Shown in pieces: positions 39,276 through 47,259 of a DNA stretch of 61,337 nt. Position 1 is the first letter of the stretch, and each line of letters opens with the position of its first letter. A model generated the notes under the pieces. That model did not search any database. It saw nothing but the letters and a program-made list of their open reading frames with translations, and had not been told where the DNA came from. Origin of the DNA: Bdellovibrionales bacterium (GTDB lineage: Bacteria; Bdellovibrionota; Bdellovibrionia; Bdellovibrionales; JAGQZY01); the NCBI GenBank assembly GCA_031426555.1, contig JANPLN010000040.1:1-61337 (forward strand), given 5' to 3'. The position numbers and the translations under genes are program-made.

Positions 39276-39293
39276 TCACATCCGCTACGGATG
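39276..39293. repeat. Palindromic repeat copy centred on the HNH gene stop codon
   Basis: TCACATCCG-CTA-CGGATG; the CTA loop is the TAG stop of the minus-strand gene. Confidence 0.75.
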
Positions 39294-40256
39294 GAACCCC
39301 GCTTCCTGAAGATACTTGAATTGGTTGTGATCGGCGCAAAGAGTTCGTAGGTTTTTTGGCTCGTTGGTGCCGCCCGCCCAGACAGGAACAATATGATCGA
39401 TTTGCAAAAACCTCTGGCTGCCGCAGAGTTTTCCTGTTTGGGCGTCCCTAAATTCGCAGTGCGCCGCTTGATGTAAGATAGTTTTTCGAAGTGCGGAAGG
39501 AATTGGTTTTCGAGTTGTTGCAGGAATCGGTTTTCGACGTGTTGAAGGAATTGGTTTTCGAAGAGCTGACGGCGTTATTGCCTTAGGTACACTTTCTGTG
39601 TTTCGAATCACTTCAATTTGACGTGCTTCAGTTTTTTTCTTCGTGCGACGATCCAACTCCTTCTCAGCTAAATAGCAAACCACCTCCGCCCATTTTTTCT
39701 CCGGCACAGAGTGGGAGATGAGGTTGCCCACTTTTTGCAAAAGCTCCATTTGCTCTTTGCTCAAGGTCATTGTCAAAGTGACGGACTCGTCGCGATGGAC
39801 TTTTGCTTTATTTATGAGCTCGGTGGGGAGATTTAATTCCTTCGCTAAAATCAATTCTGTGTTTTCCTGATTGGTGTTTTCGATTTTTAGGAGGAGGTCA
39901 CGTTTTTCGGGCAGACTCATTTTTCGCTGCTCAGTTTTTTGCACGATGCGAATGGCTTGTTGCACTTTGGACAACTGCGAAAGATTTAACGCGCCGGTTT
40001 CAATTTTTTCGGCCATTTCAGGAACTTCTCGTAAAAGTCTGGCGGATTCTATTCGCCTGAGAGCGGCCGACGGGCTATAGCCAAACTCTTTAATCAAATA
40101 ATCGTATAAACTGGAGTAAGCTTTTTGCAGATATATTTTCCGGTGGTCGATTTCGGCGATACAATCTAAAACCAAATGGGTGATTTTTCGCTCGGTGCGC
40201 ACTAATTTGCCAAATCTTTCCACAAGCTCCAAGTTTGATAAGTTTTTTATAATCAT
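39285..40256 (-). CDS. HNH endonuclease with DUF222-like helical N-terminal domain
   Basis: C-terminal CEF...CGS..FLQIDHIVP..GGTN...NLRTLCADHN HNH/Zn motif; N-terminal YSSLYDY...GYS...RRI helical domain. Confidence 0.88.
   Translation of the reverse strand: MIIKNLSNLELVERFGKLVRTERKITHLVLDCIAEIDHRKIYLQKAYSSLYDYLIKEFGYSPSAALRRIESARLLREVPEMAEKIETGALNLSQLSKVQQAIRIVQKTEQRKMSLPEKRDLLLKIENTNQENTELILAKELNLPTELINKAKVHRDESVTLTMTLSKEQMELLQKVGNLISHSVPEKKWAEVVCYLAEKELDRRTKKKTEARQIEVIRNTESVPKAITPSALRKPIPSTRRKPIPATTRKPIPSALRKTILHQAAHCEFRDAQTGKLCGSQRFLQIDHIVPVWAGGTNEPKNLRTLCADHNQFKYLQEAGFHP
39477..39572 (-). repeat. Four 24-bp coding repeats in the HNH linker
   Basis: PSALRKPI PSTRRKPI PATTRKPI PSALRKTI. 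Confidence 0.85.
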
Positions 40257-40264
40257 TTTTACCC

Positions 40265-40279
40265 CCGTTACGGATGTGA
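40265..40279 (-). repeat. Palindromic repeat copy overlapping the HNH gene RBS
   Basis: Minus strand TCACATCCGTAACGG, 13/15 identical to the plus-strand copy at 39276-39290. Confidence 0.7.
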
Positions 40280-40579
40280 ATATTTATTTTCAATAAATCT
40301 ATAACACGGTTTTAAAAATGAGTTTTTTGTGTGAAATCCATAGACTATGCACGCAACTGGAAACCTTAAAAAGTAGCTCTGTAACTCTTTAAAAGCCCGA
40401 CAATGAATCACAACAGCAGACACTCTCGAAGTGAGGCGTTCTTTTTTATGAAGGTTCGTAAAACACATTTTGCACGCCCGAAATATGTGTCAATCGAAAA
40501 TGAAATATAAATTGGTATTGAAGCGCTGTGCAAATTAAAAACTACATATTTATAATTTTGGCTTTCGTCTGATTAAAAG

Positions 40580-40705
40580 AATATTTTGTAAGGTTGAAAT
40601 ATTTTATAAGGTAGAAATATTTTATAAGGTTGAAATATTTTGTAATATAGCAATATTTTATAAAGTAGAAACTTTTTTTAATGCAGAAATGTTTCATAAG
40701 GTAGA
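40580..40705. repeat. Seven tandem 18-bp AT-rich repeats
   Basis: Consensus AATATTTTATAAGGTAGA; units start at 40580, 40598, 40616, 40634, 40652, 40670, 40688. Confidence 0.9.
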
Positions 40706-40924
40706 GCTATTTTACCCGCCAGAATTGGGTCCAAACAGGTCACATCTCTGTATGGGGACAGTTGCTTGCAGTTTTGCTAGCTTGTACAAGCAGTGACATA
40801 GGATATATTTTAGTAAAGTGACATAGGTTAAAGTTTTTACCGCGCGGATGGTTGGGTGGAGTTTGAGTGTGCAAGTTGCCAACGAGATGTCCCCGGATAC
40901 AAAAATGATAAACCCTTCCCTTCA

Positions 40925-41065
40925 TGCACACGAAAGGCCTTTCCAATCAGGAGTTTATTACTTCTCAAAAGGAATCCTCCCTTTTATTTAATAAATTTTC
41001 TACCTAGGAAAAACTCCGAGAGAGTTCTTTTTAGGACTCCTGATTGGGAAGGTCTTTCGTGTGCA
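40925..41065 (+). ncRNA. Candidate structured RNA (30-bp closing stem with internal hairpins); family unknown
   Basis: 40925-40954 pairs with 41036-41065 (28 Watson-Crick pairs + 2 G-U on the plus strand); T-tract follows. Confidence 0.45.
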
Positions 41066-41215
41066 GGCATTTTTTATAAAAAAGGTAGAGGCTGCTAACC
41101 GCGACAAAATCGTGTGGCTATTTTTCTTTTGGGATAACTTCGATTTAAAAATACCTTCGATACAATTTAGAAATCTCTAGGAGAAAACTGTAGAGAGATT
41201 CCTGGATTTGGCCAT

Positions 41216-41394
41216 CACTTCCGCGAGGAAAGTGAAGCACAATGAACCATGCTCACAGTGGGGGCATGTGTATCGCTAATTCTGAGCCGATCCCATCTTC
41301 GCAACGGATGAGCGTAGCTAATTTTTCAGCTGATCGTACCTCCGTAACGGATGTAAGGGTGTTGTGAGTTACCTCCACTTCCGCTACGGAAGTG
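41216..41394. repeat. Cluster of four short palindromic repeats
   Basis: CACTTCCG-CGA-GGAAAGTG (41216), CATCTTCG-CAA-CGGATGAG (41294, degenerate), TACCTCCG-TAA-CGGATGTA (41337), CACTTCCG-CTA-CGGAAGTG (41376, perfect). Confidence 0.8.
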
Positions 41395-41538
41395 ATCAGC
41401 CTATTTTATGGGCAAGTGTTGTGAAATGCCGTTACAAGTTGGACGTGCCCCGCCCCATCTGTGCATTTACCCAAAATTTCCACCCCCAAAAGCCACCAAC
41501 TCCTTGACGGTGCAAATCTGCAAAGTTACCCATTACCA

Positions 41539-44247
41539 ATGGGGAAATCCGATACCGAACAAACGCCGCTGATGAAGCAATACTGGGAGATCAAATCGGC
41601 TCACCAGGATAAAATTCTGTTGTTCAGAATGGGCGATTTTTTCGAAATTTTTTATGAAGACGCGCAAACCGCTGCGCCCATTATGGGTGTGGCGCTGACT
41701 TCGCGAAATAAAAAATCGGCGGATCAAACTCCTATGTGCGGCGTGCCCCATCACTCCATCGCGGGCCATATTAATCGGCTTCTGGCCCACGGCCTTAAAG
41801 TGGCAATTTGTGATCAGATCGAAGATCCCAAACACGCCAAAGGAATTGTAAAGCGGGCAGTGACGCGGATTTTAAGTCCCGGCATGGTGTTTGATCCCGA
41901 CACCTTGGATGTTTTGCAGTTTAATTATATTGCGGCAGTGGATGCAAACACCGTCAGCTTTTTAGAGCCCACCACGGGCGAAGCGTTTTATTATCCAGTT
42001 TCGCAAAAAACCGAACAGCTCGCGTTGCTAAAAATTCTTCAACCGGTTGAATTAATTTTATCCGCCACGCAAAAAGAAACCCTGGGCGGAGAATTTTTGC
42101 AAATCGCGGTTTGTACTGTTCACGATGATATCGGAGTTGCCAAAAACCCGAATCCCCGAGAAAAGACAGAATCGAATACGCCATCTAATCGCAATTCTAA
42201 TACTCAATCAGATAAGAGCTCAAATATAAATTCGACTTCCCATTCACTAGATTTCCTAGAGAATCTGAAAGACTCACCACAAAGTGCGCAACGCCTCGTG
42301 AGCTACGCGCTCTACATGCAAGGCGAAGACGTCGTAAAAACCTTGCGCCCCTTCGAAGCCCGCGAGTACGAAAATCGTTTGCAACTTGGCCCCGATGTTT
42401 TGCGGCACCTGGAAGTTTTTAAAACGTACAAGGGCGACATCAAGGGCTCGTTGTTCGAGGCCATCAACCGCTCGCTCACGGCGGGTGGGAGTCGACTTCT
42501 CAAACAATGGCTGTGTTTTCCGCTCCGAAGCGAAAGGAAAATCACCGAGCGCCTCGATCAAATTCAGCTATGGCTTGCCAACAACGAAGCGCTGAAAGAC
42601 ATCCGTCAAAATTTGCGCGGGGTGGGCGACTTTGAACGTCGCCTTGGAAAAATCTCTCATCCCAATTCCCATCCTCGGGATCTAAAAACTCTCGCGAGCA
42701 CGCTGCAAAACGTTGATAGCATTCTTCAGTACTTCCCCGAGCAAAAAGACATACAAAAGAAAGTTCAGTTTTGGCATCGCGAGATGGATCGGATTTTTGT
42801 GGACGAGCTGCCGCAAAATTTTCGCGAAGGCGGGTTGATTCAACGAGGTGTGAGCGACGAGCTCGATGAGCTCATCGGCCTTTCCACCGATAGTCAAAGC
42901 CAGGTATTGGCTCTAGAGCAAAAGGAAAAAGAGCTCACGCAGATTTCCAGTTTAAAAATCCGTTACAACAATGTTTTTGGCTACTACATCGAAGTCACCC
43001 ACACGCACACGGCGAAAGTTCCGTTGGATCGCTATCAGCGAAAGCAAACCCTCACCAATGCCGAACGCTACACTACGGATGAGCTTGCGGAGCTCGAGCG
43101 AAAAGTGGTGACTGCGCGCACTCGGCGGGCCGAGCTAGAGATTGAAATCTATCAACAGCTTAAGCGTGATTTGCTAGCAGAGATGTCCTTATTTTTAAAA
43201 TTAGCGCAGTTTTTAAACGAACTCGATGTTATTTGCGGGCTGGCCTGGCAGGCTTTCGAAAACAATTACTGCCGACCGCAATTTAACGGGGCTTTGAGCT
43301 TTGCCGATAAAGCCGTAGATAAAGCCTCTGACAAAGCCTCCGACGAATCTGACGGTAAGACTGACCGTAAAGTTCCTTACGAACTTGTTTTAAGAAGCTC
43401 GCGCCATCCCGTGGTGGAACAAAACGTGTCGTTCGTCCCCAATGACATAATTTTAAAAAACGGCCAGTGCCTCTTGCTCACCGGTCCCAACATGGCGGGG
43501 AAGAGTACGCTGATGCGACAAGTGGCCATCGCGGCCATTCTTGCGCAGACGGGAAGTTTTGTTCCTGCCAAAAGTGCGCTGCTTCCTATCTACGATCGAA
43601 TTTTCACGCGCATCGGAGCTAGTGATTTTTTAAACGAAGGTTTATCCACCTTTATGGTGGAAATGAAAGAGACCGCGCAAATGCTGAAAGAAAGCACCGA
43701 GCGGTCGCTGGTGATTTTGGATGAGGTGGGACGGGGAACTTCCACCTACGACGGCTTAAGCTTAGCGCAGTCGATTTTGGAATATCTACTCACGCAAAAA
43801 AAGCCCATGATCTATTTTGCCACTCACTACCATGAGCTCACCCAACTTTCGCAGGTGCACGAGGATCTTGTGAATTCGCACATGGCCATTCATGAGGAGA
43901 AAGGCCAACTGCGCTTTTTATACACTTTGTTGCTGGGTCCCGCAGTACGCTCCTACGGAATTCAAGTGGCGCGCTTGGCAGGGCTTCCTGCAAGTGTCAC
44001 CAAACGCGCGGAAGCTTTGTTGCAACGCTTGGAGGCAGCAACAACAACCGCAGAGTCTAGCGGCAGCACCCAGCAATTAGACCTGTGGAGTGCAGTTGCA
44101 CAGACAACAGAAAAAGAAGTTGCACCGCCCGGGGTGGATCCCCGCGTGGAAAAGCTAATGCAGCAAGTGAAAGACTTATCGTTGCAAACAATGACCCCGC
44201 TCGATGCGCTTAACAAGATTGCCCAGTGGCAACAGGAATTGAACTAG
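41539..44247 (+). CDS. mutS: DNA mismatch repair protein MutS
   Basis: TPLMKQY, FRMGDFFE, TGPNMAGKST, DEVGRGT, SYGIQVA; C-terminal QLDLW clamp motif. Confidence 0.97.
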   Translation: MGKSDTEQTPLMKQYWEIKSAHQDKILLFRMGDFFEIFYEDAQTAAPIMGVALTSRNKKSADQTPMCGVPHHSIAGHINRLLAHGLKVAICDQIEDPKHAKGIVKRAVTRILSPGMVFDPDTLDVLQFNYIAAVDANTVSFLEPTTGEAFYYPVSQKTEQLALLKILQPVELILSATQKETLGGEFLQIAVCTVHDDIGVAKNPNPREKTESNTPSNRNSNTQSDKSSNINSTSHSLDFLENLKDSPQSAQRLVSYALYMQGEDVVKTLRPFEAREYENRLQLGPDVLRHLEVFKTYKGDIKGSLFEAINRSLTAGGSRLLKQWLCFPLRSERKITERLDQIQLWLANNEALKDIRQNLRGVGDFERRLGKISHPNSHPRDLKTLASTLQNVDSILQYFPEQKDIQKKVQFWHREMDRIFVDELPQNFREGGLIQRGVSDELDELIGLSTDSQSQVLALEQKEKELTQISSLKIRYNNVFGYYIEVTHTHTAKVPLDRYQRKQTLTNAERYTTDELAELERKVVTARTRRAELEIEIYQQLKRDLLAEMSLFLKLAQFLNELDVICGLAWQAFENNYCRPQFNGALSFADKAVDKASDKASDESDGKTDRKVPYELVLRSSRHPVVEQNVSFVPNDIILKNGQCLLLTGPNMAGKSTLMRQVAIAAILAQTGSFVPAKSALLPIYDRIFTRIGASDFLNEGLSTFMVEMKETAQMLKESTERSLVILDEVGRGTSTYDGLSLAQSILEYLLTQKKPMIYFATHYHELTQLSQVHEDLVNSHMAIHEEKGQLRFLYTLLLGPAVRSYGIQVARLAGLPASVTKRAEALLQRLEAATTTAESSGSTQQLDLWSAVAQTTEKEVAPPGVDPRVEKLMQQVKDLSLQTMTPLDALNKIAQWQQELN

Positions 44248-44317
44248 TAACATTTACTAGATCGTCTAAAATTTAGCCAGCAGCTTGCGATAACCATAAG
44301 TTCTAGCGCCGTACAAC

Positions 44318-44333
44318 TGGCACTCAGGTTGCT
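44318..44333 (+). promoter_or_regulatory. Putative sigma54 (-24/-12) promoter
   Basis: TGGCACTCAGGTTGCT, near-consensus TGGCAC-N5-TTGC. Confidence 0.7.
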
Positions 44334-44368
44334 CTCAACGATGTGAGCTAAAAATCTTTGGAGGTCCC

Positions 44369-44779
44369 ATGTTAAAAATCGTATTTGTTTTGTTGTTTGC
44401 TTCTTTAAATGCCCAGGCCGCGTGTCTCGATTACGATATTAAACCGCAAATGTACTTCGAAAGCTTAACCGATTATTTATTTTCCTCCGAAGACAAATCA
44501 GGTGCTTTCTACGACTATTTAAAAGCCAGCGGCGTAGATCCAACCCCTTTGCACATCTCACCTTACCCGCTAATTATCACGGGCACAGCCGTTAAATTGC
44601 TCGTTGTCGTCGAACAAAACGGCACAAACACCTGCGCTCTTTTGCGAGTACCAATGAAAAAAATGTGTGACCGTGTCGGCCTGGAATATTATGGCCGAGC
44701 GCGCTTGCTCACCAATCCCCTTCCGCTCAATTTACTGACCGAGATGGAGCAACAGCTTTGTAATTTTTCAACTCCCTAG
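44369..44779 (+). CDS. Small secreted hypothetical protein (4 Cys)
   Basis: GGAGG RBS, signal peptide ending AQA. Confidence 0.8.
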   Translation: MLKIVFVLLFASLNAQAACLDYDIKPQMYFESLTDYLFSSEDKSGAFYDYLKASGVDPTPLHISPYPLIITGTAVKLLVVVEQNGTNTCALLRVPMKKMCDRVGLEYYGRARLLTNPLPLNLLTEMEQQLCNFSTP

Positions 44780-44827
44780 GTTTGAGCTGTTGTACATTCC
44801 TAGCAAACACGTCTAAAATATTGGTCA

Positions 44828-47095
44828 ATGGCTACAAAGACGTTTCTAACTCCCGACGACTTCACCGACGCGCAGCAGTTGCTGCTGCCGCCGATGGTGC
44901 CGCCCAGCAGTGATTTTTGGGAAGGGCAGTCGTTTCCGTCCCAGGAATTTTCGTCGTGGCTGTCGCTCCATATCGAAGGGCGGCTGCGCGGGCTACCCGC
45001 GTGGAAAGAGGCCCATCCCATTGCCATCGGTTCCTGGGGGCGGGGAGAGCTTTGCCCCTTATCGGATTTGGACGTTATTTTTTGCGGCACGGAAGACGCG
45101 GTGAAAAATGTGATTCGCGAAGCCGACAAGCAAGGCATCGAATTTAAATACCGCTTTCCTAAAAATCCCAACGACTGGAGTGCCGACAGTCCGTTATTTG
45201 AGTCCAACGCCCTTTTTTGGTCCCGGCCCTTTACCAAAGAAGCTGCGCAGGCTCTTCAGCAACAAAAAACCAAAGTGTACGACCAGCGAAATAAATTTCG
45301 CCAAAAGCTGATTAAAGAGCTTGCCGTGGAACGCAAGCGCCGAAACATTCGCCACGACTCCATAGCCAATTATCTCGAGCCCCAGCTCAAGTTTGGGCCC
45401 GGTGGTTTGCGCGACATCGAGCAGGCGTTGATGATTCGGTTTTGGTTTCCCGAAAAAATGAATTCCCAGGCACGAATTTTTGCAGACCTTGCGCAGCTCA
45501 AAGCCTTTTTGATGACAGTGCGGCAAAAATTAAATCTTCTCGGCTTTCAAGACACCCTCGTGGCAAGCCACCAAAAGGAAATCTCACTGTGGTTTGGTTT
45601 TAAAACCCAAGCCGATTTTATGCGTGAACTGCAAAACGTTCTCGCGCGCGGGAGTTTTTATTGTGATTTGATTTTTGATATGGCCAGTAGTTCGGAAAAA
45701 GCGCTGGCAAACGTTCCAGAGGTAAAATCAGTCGCTCAGGCATTGAGTGTTCTGCAAAAAGATCCGTCACTTTTATTCCAAGCGCGAGTGTTACAATTTC
45801 AAGATGGCGGCGAGTTTGCCTATGCTCATGCCCTCAAATCCTTTTTTAATGTGCAGTTGAAAGAAAACTCATTGCTCGCTTTATTTCGCTCGCAGTTGTT
45901 GATGAAAATCTTGCCAGAATTTTTAGTGGTCAAAGGTGTGGTTCAGCATGATCAGTATCATCGCTTTACGGTGGATGCGCATATCTTTCAAGCGGTTCGC
46001 CGCGTGCTGAGGGTGCACAACACTCCCAAACTCATTGGCAAGCTGGCGCAGTATTCAAAAGCATGGACAACGAGCGATTGGGATATTTTGTTATGGTCAG
46101 CCCTTTATCACGACCTGGGAAAAGCTCGGCAGAAGGATCATTCCATCGAAAGCAAAGAGCTTGTGGAGAAAGATTTCGCGCGCTTAGGTCAGACGAAATC
46201 TTTCACCGAAGAGGTGGCTTGGATGGTGGAAAATCATCTAGTTCTCTCCACCGCCGCTTTTCGCAAGGATCCCCATTCGCCGCAAGTGTGGCAGGATTTG
46301 TACGACCGGGGAGTGCACGGGGAACGTCTTCGCCGGTTGGCCATTTTTACGGCCATTGATATTTACGCCACCAACCCCGATGCTTGGACGGGGTGGAAAG
46401 AGCGCTTGATTTTCCAACTCGTGCAATCCATGGAAGCTCCCCAGGGCGCGCAATTTTTTGAAATGCAAAAAGTATTTCAAAAGAAAAACATCGATGCAGC
46501 GTTACTTCAGCGCCTGGATCCGGGAATTTTAATGTCGCTGAAGCCCCAAGACTTAGTGAAAGATTTAACCACGGTGCTGGCAAAAAAAAACGTACCGCCC
46601 GTGGTATGTATCTCGCGTGCAAAACAGGGATCGTGGATCCGCTTTCATCATCCGCAAGACGAGGCGGGATTGTTTTTGCAGTACGTAACGCGGCTGTGGC
46701 AATCGGGAGTAACCATTCATCATGCGTACATTCACACGGACCCCGACCTTGGGGTTTATGATTGGTTCGAAGTGAAAAGCGATAAGCCTTTGTCGCTGCT
46801 ACGTCGTACTTTAGTGCAGGAGGTGGCGATTAAAGAGCCCAAAAATTGGGCAAAACTTTCCGATGTCGCCCTTGTGTCGGAAACCAAAAATGAGTGGGTT
46901 TTTAGCTTCCGAGGTACCGATAAAAAGGGTGTTTTGATCTCCGCAGCCCGGGCTCTCCATGATCTAGGTCTTGAGATTCGATGGGCAAAAATCCATACTT
47001 GGGGCCGGCAAGTGGATGACGTTTTTGGAATTTCTCCCAACCAAGGTCGCGCTGTTGCGGAGTGGTTGCAGGAACTGAAAAAAAGGTTAACGTAA
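44828..47095 (+). CDS. glnD: GlnD-like uridylyltransferase/uridylyl-removing enzyme
   Basis: GSWGRGEL..SDLD nucleotidyltransferase, LEPQLKFGPGGLRD, YHRFTVDAH, HDLGK HD domain, C-terminal ACT-like domains. Confidence 0.85.
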   Translation: MATKTFLTPDDFTDAQQLLLPPMVPPSSDFWEGQSFPSQEFSSWLSLHIEGRLRGLPAWKEAHPIAIGSWGRGELCPLSDLDVIFCGTEDAVKNVIREADKQGIEFKYRFPKNPNDWSADSPLFESNALFWSRPFTKEAAQALQQQKTKVYDQRNKFRQKLIKELAVERKRRNIRHDSIANYLEPQLKFGPGGLRDIEQALMIRFWFPEKMNSQARIFADLAQLKAFLMTVRQKLNLLGFQDTLVASHQKEISLWFGFKTQADFMRELQNVLARGSFYCDLIFDMASSSEKALANVPEVKSVAQALSVLQKDPSLLFQARVLQFQDGGEFAYAHALKSFFNVQLKENSLLALFRSQLLMKILPEFLVVKGVVQHDQYHRFTVDAHIFQAVRRVLRVHNTPKLIGKLAQYSKAWTTSDWDILLWSALYHDLGKARQKDHSIESKELVEKDFARLGQTKSFTEEVAWMVENHLVLSTAAFRKDPHSPQVWQDLYDRGVHGERLRRLAIFTAIDIYATNPDAWTGWKERLIFQLVQSMEAPQGAQFFEMQKVFQKKNIDAALLQRLDPGILMSLKPQDLVKDLTTVLAKKNVPPVVCISRAKQGSWIRFHHPQDEAGLFLQYVTRLWQSGVTIHHAYIHTDPDLGVYDWFEVKSDKPLSLLRRTLVQEVAIKEPKNWAKLSDVALVSETKNEWVFSFRGTDKKGVLISAARALHDLGLEIRWAKIHTWGRQVDDVFGISPNQGRAVAEWLQELKKRLT

Positions 47096-47259
47096 ATATC
47101 TTCGCTTCTAACTGCTTGTCTTTGCAGGCAAATGATTCATCGAGTCTAGTTTGAAATCTTAGCACTTGAAAGTTAAGGCGATCGTTGTCAGACTTTAATA
47201 GAGGTGATTGCACGGGAAGCGATCACAGACTAAAGAACAATTAAACGGAGGGAGCAAGG

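Noticed and set aside
39285..40256. IscB/Cas9-like or IS transposase
   Set aside because: No PLMP or split RuvC motifs and no DDE or HUH motif; only a C-terminal HNH domain
40500..40720. Chromosomal replication origin
   Set aside because: AT-rich repeats are present, but I saw no cluster of TTATCCACA DnaA boxes and no dnaA/gidA context
40925..41065. Retron msr-msd RNA
   Set aside because: Long closing arms are superficially similar to a1/a2, but no reverse transcriptase gene is present
40268..41098. Short ORFs 40268-40468, 40740-40946 and 40856-41098
   Set aside because: No convincing RBS or motifs; they overlap repeats and hairpins
41216..41394. CRISPR array
   Set aside because: Repeats are only about 19 bp and degenerate, two spacers resemble each other, and there are no cas genes in the window
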